From: Phenylobacterium sp.
GTDB taxonomy: Bacteria; Pseudomonadota; Alphaproteobacteria; Caulobacterales; Caulobacteraceae
Direction: 5' to 3'
NCBI RefSeq assembly: GCF_020253645.1
Contig: NZ_JADCBG010000037.1
Location: forward strand, 24,501 to 88,500
Length of the DNA: 64,000 nucleotides
Positions 10,620 to 21,175 of this stretch are shown piece after piece. The notes beneath the pieces were generated by a model, which was not told the DNA's origin, made no database searches, and saw only the letters and a program-made list of their open reading frames with translations. The first letter of the stretch is position 1. Each line of letters opens with the position of its first letter. The position numbers and the translations under genes were made by a program.

Positions 10620-11048
10620 ATGGGTGCGAAGCTTGGCGGCGGTGGCAGCGGGCGCTTCGATCTCGGCCAGAATAGCGAAATCAACGTCACGCCCTTCGTG
10701 GATGTGATGCTTGTGCTTCTGATCATCTTCATGGTGTCTATTCCGGCCGCCACAGTGTCCATCAAGCTCGACCTGCCCCCCGCCGTCCCACCGCCTCCGG
10801 GCGCCAAGGTCGAGGAGCCGACCGTCATCAATATCCAGGACGGGGGCGTCTTCATTGGCGAGGACGCCACCACGATCGAGCGGCTCGCCACGGATCTGGC
10901 CCGCATCCTGGATAAGCCTGATCCGACCCAGGAGCGGGTGTATATCCGCGCCAACCGCGACGTCCGCTATGGCGAGTTCATGCGCGTCATGAACACCCTG
11001 CAGGGCAATGGCTACTTCCAGGTCGCGCTGATCAACGAAGAGCTCTGA
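10620..11048 (+). CDS. exbD: ExbD/TolR biopolymer transport protein
   Basis: EINVTPFVDVMLVLLIIFMV, IRAN.DVRYG.FM.VM..LQ..G. Confidence 0.92.
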   Translation: MGAKLGGGGSGRFDLGQNSEINVTPFVDVMLVLLIIFMVSIPAATVSIKLDLPPAVPPPPGAKVEEPTVINIQDGGVFIGEDATTIERLATDLARILDKPDPTQERVYIRANRDVRYGEFMRVMNTLQGNGYFQVALINEEL

Positions 11049-11072
11049 TCCCAGAGGATCGGTAGGCTGAAG

Positions 11073-11102
11073 GGCCCGCCCGGGGGACCGGGCGGGCCTT
11101 TT
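11073..11102 (+). terminator. Intrinsic terminator after exbD
   Basis: GGCCCGCCCGG-ggga-CCGGGCGGGCC followed by TTTT. Confidence 0.8.
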
Positions 11103-11132
11103 CCCGTTATGGCGGAGACAAGGGCGCGCGGG

Positions 11133-12185
11133 TCAGGCCGCGCAGGCCTCGAAGCCGGACTTCAGGGCGTCTCCGTCCAGGTTGCGGCCGATGAAGACCA
11201 GCCTGGAGACCCGCGGCTCGTCCTCGCGCCAGGGCCTCTGGAGGTCTCCCTCCAGGATCATGTGGACGGCCTGGAACACAAGTCGTCGGTCCTCGCCGGC
11301 CACGCTGATGATTCCCTTGGCGCGAAGGATGTCCGGGCCCTGGGTCTGCAGGACATCGTTGATCCAGGCGCTGACCCGCGCACCGTTCATCGGCCGGTCG
11401 AGGGTGAGCGAGACGCTGGAGATGCCGGCATCGGCAGCGTGGTCGTGCGCGTGGCCGTGATCATGGTGGTGGTCATGTCCGTGATCATGGCCATGATGGT
11501 CGCAGGACTCGTCGTGGACGTGGCCAGGTTCACCATGGGCCGGGTTCAGGAACTCCGGCTGAAGCTCGGAGATCCGTTCCAGGTCGAAGCCGCCCCGGCC
11601 AAGGATCATCTCCAGGGGTACGTTCGACCTCTGCGCCCGATGGATGGGGGCGAGGGGGTTCAGCCGACGGATCCGGGCCTCGATGTCACGCAGCTGGGCC
11701 TCGGTGACCAGGTCGGTCTTGTTGAGGATGATCTGGTCGGCGAATGCAATCTGCTCGACCGCCTCCTTCGAGTCGCCGAGCCTCAGGGGCAGGTGCAGGG
11801 CGTCGACCACCGTGGTGACGCTGTCCAGCTCGGTGCGCGCCCGCACGTCGTCATCCACGAAGAAGGTCTGGGCCACCGGTCCGGGATCCGCAAGGCCCGT
11901 GGTTTCCACAATGATGGCGTCAAATCCGCCCTTGCGCTTCATGAGGCCAGAGAGCACCCGGATCAGGTCGCCGCGTACGGTGCAGCAGACACAGCCATTG
12001 TTCATCTCGAAGACTTCCTCGTCGGCGCCGACGATCAGGTCGTTATCGATTCCGACCTCTCCGAACTCGTTCACGATGACCGCGTAGCGGCGGCCGTGAT
12101 CCTCCGAGAGAATACGGTTCAGGAGGGTGGTCTTTCCGGCCCCGAGGTAGCCGGTCAGGACGGTGACGGGTGTCTTCTGGCTCAT
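11133..12185 (-). CDS. COG0523/CobW family G3E GTPase metallochaperone
   Basis: TGYLGAGKTT, VNEFGEVGID, NGCVCC, ETTGLADP, NKTD, His-rich insert, CobW_C-like tail. Confidence 0.95.
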   Translation of the reverse strand: MSQKTPVTVLTGYLGAGKTTLLNRILSEDHGRRYAVIVNEFGEVGIDNDLIVGADEEVFEMNNGCVCCTVRGDLIRVLSGLMKRKGGFDAIIVETTGLADPGPVAQTFFVDDDVRARTELDSVTTVVDALHLPLRLGDSKEAVEQIAFADQIILNKTDLVTEAQLRDIEARIRRLNPLAPIHRAQRSNVPLEMILGRGGFDLERISELQPEFLNPAHGEPGHVHDESCDHHGHDHGHDHHHDHGHAHDHAADAGISSVSLTLDRPMNGARVSAWINDVLQTQGPDILRAKGIISVAGEDRRLVFQAVHMILEGDLQRPWREDEPRVSRLVFIGRNLDGDALKSGFEACAA

Positions 12186-12195
12186 GCCCTTCCCT

Positions 12196-12240
12196 CTAGA
12201 GCGCGTTTCGGAGGAGTGGAACCCGGTTTTGCGACCGGGT
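12196..12240. repeat. Remnant of an alphaproteobacterial intergenic palindromic repeat (BRU-RS/CIR-like)
   Basis: CTAGAGCGCGTTTCGGAGGAGTGGAACCCGGTTTTGCGACCGGGT resembles the recalled family pattern CTAGAGC...AAGTGGAAACCGGTTTT; internal ACCCGGT/ACCGGGT stem. Confidence 0.5.
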
Positions 12241-12403
12241 CGACCCAAGTCCTTGATGTAGGACCTGATTTTCTCTTCCTCGGTCCCGAGCGCCGGCTCG
12301 GTGCGCCCGGGGCCACCCGACCCCGTCGGCTTGGCGCAGCGCCTGTGGCCATGGTACGGAGTCACACGGCAGCGGGCCCGCCGCGCCCCGGAAGGCCTGC
12401 TGC

Positions 12404-13285
12404 GTGTCTGCTCCCGCTCCTGACGCCGAAGTCTCCCCCGCTGCGGCGGGCGCTGCGCGGAATGAAAGGCGGACCTGGGCGGCCGCCCTGCTGGTGGCCG
12501 TCGCCTCAGGGACCCAGGTGGCGGCCGGCCTGGCCTATGGTTCGGTCGCACTGGTCGCCAACGGCGCGCACTCGGGGGCCCATGTGGCGGCCCTCGCGGT
12601 GGCCGGCGCCGCATACTGGTTGGCGCGTCGCAACCGGACGAATCCGCGCTTCGCGCATGGGGCGGGACGGATCGGCGATCTCGCCGCCTTCGCCAATGCG
12701 GTGCTTCTCGCGCTCGCGGCGCTGGGTCTGGCCGTCGAGGGCCTTTCAAGGCTCATTGCGCCGGAGAGCCCCGACTACCCCGCCGCCCTGTATGCCGCCG
12801 TCGGCGGGCTTGTCCTGAATCTGGCCTGCATGGCCCTGTTGAAGCCGACGATGGAGGATCTGCGTGATCCGTCCGGCGACATCAATCTCTCAGCCGCCCA
12901 CCTCCACGTCACCGCCGACGCCGCTGTTGCGGCGTTCACCTTGGCGGGCCTGGCCGCCGCCTGGCGTCTGGGCTGGGTCTGGGCGGATCCCGTGATGGCC
13001 CTGGTCGGCGCGGCGCTCATCGCCCACTTCGCCGGCTCGATCCTGCGCCGCGCCGGGGCGGCGCTCCTCGACATGCGGCAGACTCCCGCTCTCGAGGCCG
13101 AGGTCGCCCTTCGCCTGAGGGCTGCGGGCCTTGCCCCGGTGGTGGTGCGAGCCTGGCGCACCGGGCCTGGCCTCAGCGCTGTGACCGTACGCCTTGAGGC
13201 GCCGCCGCCTGAGGCGCCGGAGGCGGTACTGCGGGCTCTGGCCGATCTGCCCGGCGTAAGCCGGGTCAGCCTGGATCTGATCTGA
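12404..13285 (+). CDS. Cation diffusion facilitator, DmeF-like
   Basis: Several TM helices; HxxxH (HSGAH) in TM2 and HxxxD (HVTAD) in TM5; WADPV; GTG start uncertain. Confidence 0.8.
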   Translation: MSAPAPDAEVSPAAAGAARNERRTWAAALLVAVASGTQVAAGLAYGSVALVANGAHSGAHVAALAVAGAAYWLARRNRTNPRFAHGAGRIGDLAAFANAVLLALAALGLAVEGLSRLIAPESPDYPAALYAAVGGLVLNLACMALLKPTMEDLRDPSGDINLSAAHLHVTADAAVAAFTLAGLAAAWRLGWVWADPVMALVGAALIAHFAGSILRRAGAALLDMRQTPALEAEVALRLRAAGLAPVVVRAWRTGPGLSAVTVRLEAPPPEAPEAVLRALADLPGVSRVSLDLI

Positions 13286-13330
13286 CCTCTTCGGCTTGAC
13301 GACCGGCCCCGGATCAGGCCTGAAACGCCC

Positions 13331-14704
13331 ATGTCCGATTTCCGGTCCGGTCCCATTCTGCCGCCCGCACCTCGCCCTCCAGGCCTCCTCTGGCGCCTGG
13401 CGGCGGTCCTCTGGGTGGCGGCGGACGTCCTCTGGCTGGCTCCGGCCTATGTCCTTCATGGCCTGCGGTCTGCGCCCTCCGCTCTCCGCAGGCTGGGCGA
13501 GCACGCCGCGGACCTGAGCGTTTCAGCGCTTTTGCTCGTTTTTCGGAGGCCCTTCGCCACGGCGGCCCTGGCCCTTTTCGTGACGACAGGTCCCATTGCC
13601 GCCGCCGTCGCGGCGCCGATCTTCCTCCGGCTTGATGACGGCCCTGAAGCCGCCCGCTCGACAAATGGAGCCGTTGAGCCGGGGGCGCCCCCTGTGCGCC
13701 GGGATCAGGACCTCGCCTCCCGACCGACGCCTCCCGCTCCACCCGAACTGGTCTCCCGTCTCGCTGAACTGGACCCTGGCTTCCGCCGCCCTGTCGGGGT
13801 GGCCGTCATGGACGTGGATAGCGGCTGGCTGGCCGCAGCCCATGGAGACCGCGCCTTTCCCCAGCAAAGCGTCTCCAAGCTCTGGGTGGCGATGACCATC
13901 CTTGACCAGGTCGACTCCGGCCGGCTGTCCCTGGATCAGCGCGTGGTTCTGACCGACGCCGACCGCAGCGTCTTCAACCAGCCGGTCTCTCACCTGATCG
14001 AGAATGGCGTTTACGAGACCACACTCAGGGATCTCCTCCGTCGCGCCCTCATCAAGTCCGACAACGCCGCCAACGACAAGCTCATGGCCCTCGCCGGAGG
14101 CCCCAGCGCCGTCCAGGCCTTCCTGACCTCCCGGGGCATGTCAGGGATTCGCCTGGCCGAGGACGAAAGGCGTCTGCAGTCGCGCATTGCCGGCCTCGAG
14201 TGGAGTCCTGAGCTGTCGGCCTACGGAGCCTTCGAGGCCGCTCGGTCGCGTCTTGACCCGGAGGTCCGGGCCGCTTCCCTGGACGCCTATGTGGAGCAGC
14301 CCTACGACGGCGCCACGCCCGCCGGCGTCGTCCGCGCCCTGGCGGCCCTGGCCCGTGGCGAAGTGCTCTCGGCCGCTTCAACCGAGTTCATGTTGCAGAC
14401 CCTGGGCCGGGTGACCACCGGACCCATGCGCCTTCGGGGCGGCCTCTCGCCTGGCTGGCGCGCGGCGCACAAGACCGGCACGGGCCAGGATTTCCGCGGC
14501 GAGACCTTTGGCCTCAACGACGTCGGCCTGGTGACGGCCCCCGACGGCAGGATTTACGCCGTGGCGGTGCTGGCGCCTCAGGTGCCGAAGGGATCGCCCC
14601 AGCGTCTGCGGGTGTTTCAGCGGGTCTCCTCCACCTTGGTCGATCACTGGCGGGTGGAGGTGGCTTCCGCCGTCCGGAACGCCGACTCCCGGGGCGCCGA
14701 CTGA
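13331..14704 (+). CDS. Class A beta-lactamase-like serine hydrolase with N-terminal membrane extension
   Basis: SxxK (QSVSK), SDN and KTG (HKTGTG) motifs in the expected order. Confidence 0.85.
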   Translation: MSDFRSGPILPPAPRPPGLLWRLAAVLWVAADVLWLAPAYVLHGLRSAPSALRRLGEHAADLSVSALLLVFRRPFATAALALFVTTGPIAAAVAAPIFLRLDDGPEAARSTNGAVEPGAPPVRRDQDLASRPTPPAPPELVSRLAELDPGFRRPVGVAVMDVDSGWLAAAHGDRAFPQQSVSKLWVAMTILDQVDSGRLSLDQRVVLTDADRSVFNQPVSHLIENGVYETTLRDLLRRALIKSDNAANDKLMALAGGPSAVQAFLTSRGMSGIRLAEDERRLQSRIAGLEWSPELSAYGAFEAARSRLDPEVRAASLDAYVEQPYDGATPAGVVRALAALARGEVLSAASTEFMLQTLGRVTTGPMRLRGGLSPGWRAAHKTGTGQDFRGETFGLNDVGLVTAPDGRIYAVAVLAPQVPKGSPQRLRVFQRVSSTLVDHWRVEVASAVRNADSRGAD

Positions 14705-14713
14705 GTGGCCGCG

Positions 14714-14741
14714 TTGACTCAGCCTGACCCGTCTGTATAAG
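14714..14741 (+). promoter_or_regulatory. Sigma70-type promoter of rplU-rpmA
   Basis: TTGACT-N16-TATAAG; a GANTC site (GACTC) overlaps the -35. Confidence 0.7.
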
Positions 14742-14809
14742 AGCGCGCTTCCGTCCGCAGGCTGGCCCGCGGGCGCATCTGTTATTGATCTTTTTTCGGG
14801 ACGCCAATC

Positions 14810-15388
14810 ATGTACGCGGTGATCAGGACCGGCGGCAAGCAGTACCGGGTCGAGCCCGGAGACGTGCTGGTGGTCGAAAAGCTGGCCGGCGAGCCAGGGG
14901 CCGATGTGGCCTTCTCCGACGTGCTCATGCTCGGCGATGGCGCCGCGGTGACCGTGGGCGCCCCGGTTATCGACGGCGCTGCGGTCAACGCCACCCTGAT
15001 CGAGACCCGCAAGGGCGAGAAGGTCCGGATCTTCAAGAAGATCCGTCGCCAGGGCTATCGCCGCACTCGCGGCCATCGCCAGCCGGAGACGGTCCTGCGC
15101 GTCACCTCCATCTCCGGCGCCGGCAAGACGGCGGCCTGGGACGGCGTGGTCGACCTGACCCCGAAGGCCCTGCTGGACGCCAAAGCCCGCAACCTGAAGG
15201 CCGTGGTCGCTTCCCTGGAAGCTGCGGCGCCTGTCGCCGCCCCGGCCAAGTCGCCCGCGAAGGCCAAGGCGCCCGCCAAGGCCAAGGCCGCGCCTGCGGA
15301 GGCCGCTGAGGCGGCTCCGGCTGAGAAGCCCGTCGCAAAGAAGGCTGCGCCGAAGAAGGCCGCGGCCAAGAAGACCGACGCCGAGTAA
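14810..15388 (+). CDS. rplU: 50S ribosomal protein L21 with Ala/Lys/Pro-rich C-terminal extension
   Basis: MYAVIRTGGKQYRV, FKKIRRQGYRRTRGHRQ. Confidence 0.98.
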   Translation: MYAVIRTGGKQYRVEPGDVLVVEKLAGEPGADVAFSDVLMLGDGAAVTVGAPVIDGAAVNATLIETRKGEKVRIFKKIRRQGYRRTRGHRQPETVLRVTSISGAGKTAAWDGVVDLTPKALLDAKARNLKAVVASLEAAAPVAAPAKSPAKAKAPAKAKAAPAEAAEAAPAEKPVAKKAAPKKAAAKKTDAE

Positions 15389-15417
15389 GCGTCGGAACCT
15401 AGTTTCAGGAGGCCCCC

Positions 15418-15678
15418 ATGGCTCACAAGAAATCCGGCGGTTCCTCGCGCAACGGGCGCGACTCGGCGGGCCGCCGCCTCGGCGTCAAGAAGTTCGGTGG
15501 TGAAGCGGTCCTGGCCGGCAACATCATCGTGCGCCAGCGTGGCACCAAGTTCTTCCCGGGCGACAATGTCGGCATGGGCAAGGACCACACCCTCTTCGCG
15601 ACCGCCCATGGCGCCGTGAAGTTCGTCACCAAGCGTGACGACCGCACCTACGTCTGCGTGGACAACGCGGCCGGCTGA
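15418..15678 (+). CDS. rpmA: 50S ribosomal protein L27
   Basis: [33 protein letters not shown]. Confidence 0.99.
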   Translation: MAHKKSGGSSRNGRDSAGRRLGVKKFGGEAVLAGNIIVRQRGTKFFPGDNVGMGKDHTLFATAHGAVKFVTKRDDRTYVCVDNAAG

Positions 15679-15732
15679 CGCGGACCTTCCCGAAGGTCCG
15701 CCTGCCTGGCGGACCGGAGGACCTCCCGAAGC

Positions 15733-15768
15733 GGGGAGCCCGGACGCCGGGCTCCCCGTTTTCGTTTT
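15733..15768 (+). terminator. Intrinsic terminator after rpmA
   Basis: GGGGAGCCCGG-acg-CCGGGCTCCCC followed by GTTTTCGTTTT. Confidence 0.75.
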
Positions 15769-15803
15769 CAGGCCCCCGGCAGAGGGGCCGGGAGGTTCCC
15801 GCC

Positions 15804-16337
15804 ATGCTTTCCGTCGACTTCCAGCCCGTCTTGGAGACGCCCCGCCTGCAGCTGCGGCCCCTGAGCCTGTCGGACGCCCCGCGGATCGCGGCCCTGTGCG
15901 CCGACTTCGAGGTGGCGCGCACCACGGCCCGCATTCCCCATCCCTACACTCTCGCGGACGCCGAGGCCTTTCTCGCCTCAGGCGAGACCCTGGATCCCGA
16001 CCAGGAGGCCCGCTTCGCTCTGGATCACCCGGACGAGGGCCTGGTCGGCATCCTGTCCTTCTTCGGCGAGCCCGCCCCGGCGACGGAGATCGGCTACTGG
16101 CTCGGCCGGCCCTACTGGGGCGCCGGCCTGATGACCGAGGCGGTCAAGGCCGCCCTGGCCTGGGCGGTGCGGCACTGGGGCCGCACCCATGTCCGCGCCT
16201 GGCGGCTGGACGAGAATCCGGCGTCGGACGCGGTGCTGGTGAAGGCGGGTTTCCTCTACACCGGCGAGCGCCGTCAGACCTTCGTCACCTCCCGCGGCGA
16301 GGCCCTGCCCTCCCGCGGGATGATCTGGCTGGCCTGA
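15804..16337 (+). CDS. GNAT acetyltransferase, RimJ/RimL family
   Basis: LETPRL.LRP, IPHPY, EIGYWLGRPYWG.G.MTEA, NPAS..VL.K.GF. Confidence 0.9.
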   Translation: MLSVDFQPVLETPRLQLRPLSLSDAPRIAALCADFEVARTTARIPHPYTLADAEAFLASGETLDPDQEARFALDHPDEGLVGILSFFGEPAPATEIGYWLGRPYWGAGLMTEAVKAALAWAVRHWGRTHVRAWRLDENPASDAVLVKAGFLYTGERRQTFVTSRGEALPSRGMIWLA

Positions 16338-16359
16338 TTTTGCCGGCGGGACGTGCTAG

Positions 16360-18521
<2,162 letters not shown>

Positions 18522-19736
18522 TCAGGGAATGGCGGTGATCTTCCGCGCTGCGAGGTCCGCCAGCCGGCCAGAGTCGACGCCCAGTCCCTCCAGGACCTCC
18601 CGGGTATGCGCACCGAGGGCCGGACCCGGCCAGCGCACGCCGCCCGGCGTCTCCGAGAGCCGGGGGAAGGCGTTCTGCATCTTCACCTTCCCGAAGACCG
18701 GGTGGTCCACCTCGACGATGGATTGCCGGGCGGCGAACTGGGGGTCCTCCAGCATGTCAGGGGCACGGAAGATCCGGCCGCAGGGCACGCCGTTGGCCTC
18801 CAGAAGGGCCAGGAGTTCGGGAAGCGGCCAGTTCCGCGTCCAGGCCGAGACGAGGGCGTCCAGCTCGGCCTGGTTCTCGCCCCGGGCGGCGTGGGTGGCG
18901 TAGCGCGGGTCGGCGGCCAGGTCCTCGCGGCCCATGGTGGCGGCCAGGCGGGCGAAGACCGCATCGCCGTTGCCGCCGATCAGCAGGCTCTCGCCATTGG
19001 CGCAGGGATAGACGTTGGACGGGGCGATGCCGGGCAGGATGGAGCCCGAGCGCTCGCGGACATAGCCGGTCAGGTCGTACTCGGTGACCAGGTTCTCCAT
19101 CACTGACAGGACGCTCTCGTAGAGGGCCACGTCGATCATCTGGCCGCGTCCGGTGCGCTCGCGGTGGTGCAGGGCCATCATGACGCCGATGACGGCGTGC
19201 AGGGCGGTGAGACTGTCGCCGATCGAGATGCCCGCCCGGGCCGGCGGCCGGTCGGGCTCGCCGGTCACGTACCGCAGGCCGCCCATGGCCTCGCCGATCA
19301 GGCCGTAGCCGGCCCGCTCCGAATAGGGCCCGGTCTGGCCAAAGCCCGATACCCGGGCCATCACCAGCCGGGGATTGCGGGCGGCGAGGGCCTCGTAGCC
19401 CATGCCCCACTTCTCCATGGCGCCGGGGCGAAAGTTCTCAATCAGCACGTCGGCCTGATCGATCAGGGCCAGGGCCAGCTCACGGCCTTCAGGCTGGCGC
19501 AGGTCCAGGGCCACCGAGCGCTTGTTTCGCCCGATGACCGGCCACCAGGGCGACAGGCCCTTGGGCAACGACCGGCCCCACTGGCGCATGGGATCGCCCT
19601 TGCCCGGGTCCTCGATCTTGACCACGTCGGCGCCGAAGTCGCCAAGCACCTGGCCGCAGAAGGGTCCGGCGATCAGGGTGCCCATCTCCACGACCCTAAG
19701 GTCTGACAGGGGCCCCTTGGGGGAATTCTCGGTCAT
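18522..19736 (-). CDS. CaiB/BaiF family III CoA transferase
   Basis: IAGPFCG..L.DFGADVVKIE.P..GD..R, RNKRS..LDL, ENFRPG. Confidence 0.93.
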   Translation of the reverse strand: MTENSPKGPLSDLRVVEMGTLIAGPFCGQVLGDFGADVVKIEDPGKGDPMRQWGRSLPKGLSPWWPVIGRNKRSVALDLRQPEGRELALALIDQADVLIENFRPGAMEKWGMGYEALAARNPRLVMARVSGFGQTGPYSERAGYGLIGEAMGGLRYVTGEPDRPPARAGISIGDSLTALHAVIGVMMALHHRERTGRGQMIDVALYESVLSVMENLVTEYDLTGYVRERSGSILPGIAPSNVYPCANGESLLIGGNGDAVFARLAATMGREDLAADPRYATHAARGENQAELDALVSAWTRNWPLPELLALLEANGVPCGRIFRAPDMLEDPQFAARQSIVEVDHPVFGKVKMQNAFPRLSETPGGVRWPGPALGAHTREVLEGLGVDSGRLADLAARKITAIP

Positions 19737-19841
19737 CGCGCGCTCCAAGTCGGGGCGTGAGACCTAGGCCGCAGCGCCAGCCAGGTGTCAATCCGTAGCG
19801 CCTGCAGGGTTTTCCTCTCCGGCGGGCAGGCGTAAGCCAGC

Positions 19842-20525
19842 ATGATGAACCGACTTGCACATCCCGCCCCGCTCCCTGTCCTGATCCCGATTGCAGGGTC
19901 TGACGCCGTCTTTCCCGTGCGCAGGGTGCTCTGCGTCGGACGCAATTACGCCGCTCACCGGCGGGAGATGGGCGGTGATGACCGCGACCCGCCCTTCTTC
20001 TTTTCCAAGCCGACCGACGCCCTTGTTCCCCCTGGAGGACAGGTTCCCTTTCCCTCAGCGACGCAGAACCTTCACCATGAGATCGAACTCGTCGTCGCCC
20101 TGAAGTCGGGAGGTTCCGACATCCCGGTCGGGCGGGCTCTTGAGGCCGTCTTCGGCTACGCCGTCGGCGTCGACCTGACCCGCCGGGACCTGCAGGCCCT
20201 GGCCAAGGAGAAGGGCCAGCCCTGGGAGGCCGCCAAGGGCTTCGACGCCTCTGGCCCCGTCTCGGCGATCCGGCCCTGGTCGGAGGCCCCGCCCCAGGGC
20301 GCCATCCGCCTCTCCGTCAACGGCGCGGTCCGTCAGGACGCTGTCGTGGCGGACATGATCTGGGACGTCGCCGAGATCATTTCCGAGGCCTCCCGCCTTT
20401 GGACGCTGAAGCCTGGCGACCTGATCTTCACGGGGACGCCGGAAGGAGTCGGTGCTCTCCAGCGCGGCGACCGAATCGAGAGCGAGGTCGAGGGCGTCGG
20501 CTCTCTGTCCTTTCAGCTGGAGTGA
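19842..20525 (+). CDS. Fumarylacetoacetate hydrolase family protein
   Basis: VGRNYAAH, FFSKP, HHEIEL, DLTRRDLQ, KGFD, GDLIFTGTPEGVG. Confidence 0.93.
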   Translation: MMNRLAHPAPLPVLIPIAGSDAVFPVRRVLCVGRNYAAHRREMGGDDRDPPFFFSKPTDALVPPGGQVPFPSATQNLHHEIELVVALKSGGSDIPVGRALEAVFGYAVGVDLTRRDLQALAKEKGQPWEAAKGFDASGPVSAIRPWSEAPPQGAIRLSVNGAVRQDAVVADMIWDVAEIISEASRLWTLKPGDLIFTGTPEGVGALQRGDRIESEVEGVGSLSFQLE

Positions 20526-21175
20526 CCATCTTGACCCTCACCCTCTACAACTTCTGGGCCGCCACGGCGCCCTACCGAGTCCGGATCGGCCTCGCCCTGA
20601 AGGGGCTGGAGTTCGACACCGTCCCCGTCGACCTGCGGGCTGGCGACCAGCATGGCGAGACTTATCGCTCCCGAAATCCGCAGGGCCTGGCGCCGGCCCT
20701 CGAGACGGGAGGCGGGGAGCTCCTGACCCAGAGCCTGGCCATCTTGGAATGGCTGGAGGAGACCTACCCCGAGCCCGCGCTCCTGCCGGCCGATCCCCTT
20801 GGACGGGCGCACGTGCGCGCCATGGCGAACATCGTGGCCTGCGACATTCATCCGCTGAACAACGTCCGCGTCCAAAGGGCCCTGGAGGGCCTGGGCGTCT
20901 CACGCGATGACGTCACGGCCTGGTGCGCCCGCTGGGTGGGCGACGGGTTCGACGCCCTTGAGATTCTGGTCAACCGGCATGGCGGGGGGTTCGCCTTTGG
21001 CGCGACGCCGACCTTCGCCGACTGTCTCGTGATCCCGCAGGTCTACGCCGCTGCGCGCTACGACCTCGACATGTCACGCTGGCCGGCCCTCAAGGCGGTC
21101 GCCGAGCATGCCGCCGGTCATCCAGCTTTCGAGGCCGCCCATCCCCGGAACCAGCCGGGAGCCCCGAAGTCCTGA
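20522..21175 (+). CDS. maiA: Maleylacetoacetate/maleylpyruvate isomerase (GST zeta-like)
   Basis: YRVRIGL.LKGL, NPQGL.P, QSLAILEWLEE.YP, ACDIHPLNN.RV. Confidence 0.88.
   Translation: MTILTLTLYNFWAATAPYRVRIGLALKGLEFDTVPVDLRAGDQHGETYRSRNPQGLAPALETGGGELLTQSLAILEWLEETYPEPALLPADPLGRAHVRAMANIVACDIHPLNNVRVQRALEGLGVSRDDVTAWCARWVGDGFDALEILVNRHGGGFAFGATPTFADCLVIPQVYAAARYDLDMSRWPALKAVAEHAAGHPAFEAAHPRNQPGAPKS

Noticed and set aside
12186-12403. Cobalamin riboswitch, Zur box or 6S/SRP RNA upstream of cobW
   Set aside because: No B12-box (GGGAA...GCCACTG), no TGTTAT-N3-ATAACA, and no SRP or 6S signatures found by eye.
15680-15735. Near-direct repeat GGACC(T)TCCCGAAG after rpmA
   Set aside because: Two short copies within local hairpins next to the terminator; no sign of a repeat family or known leader.
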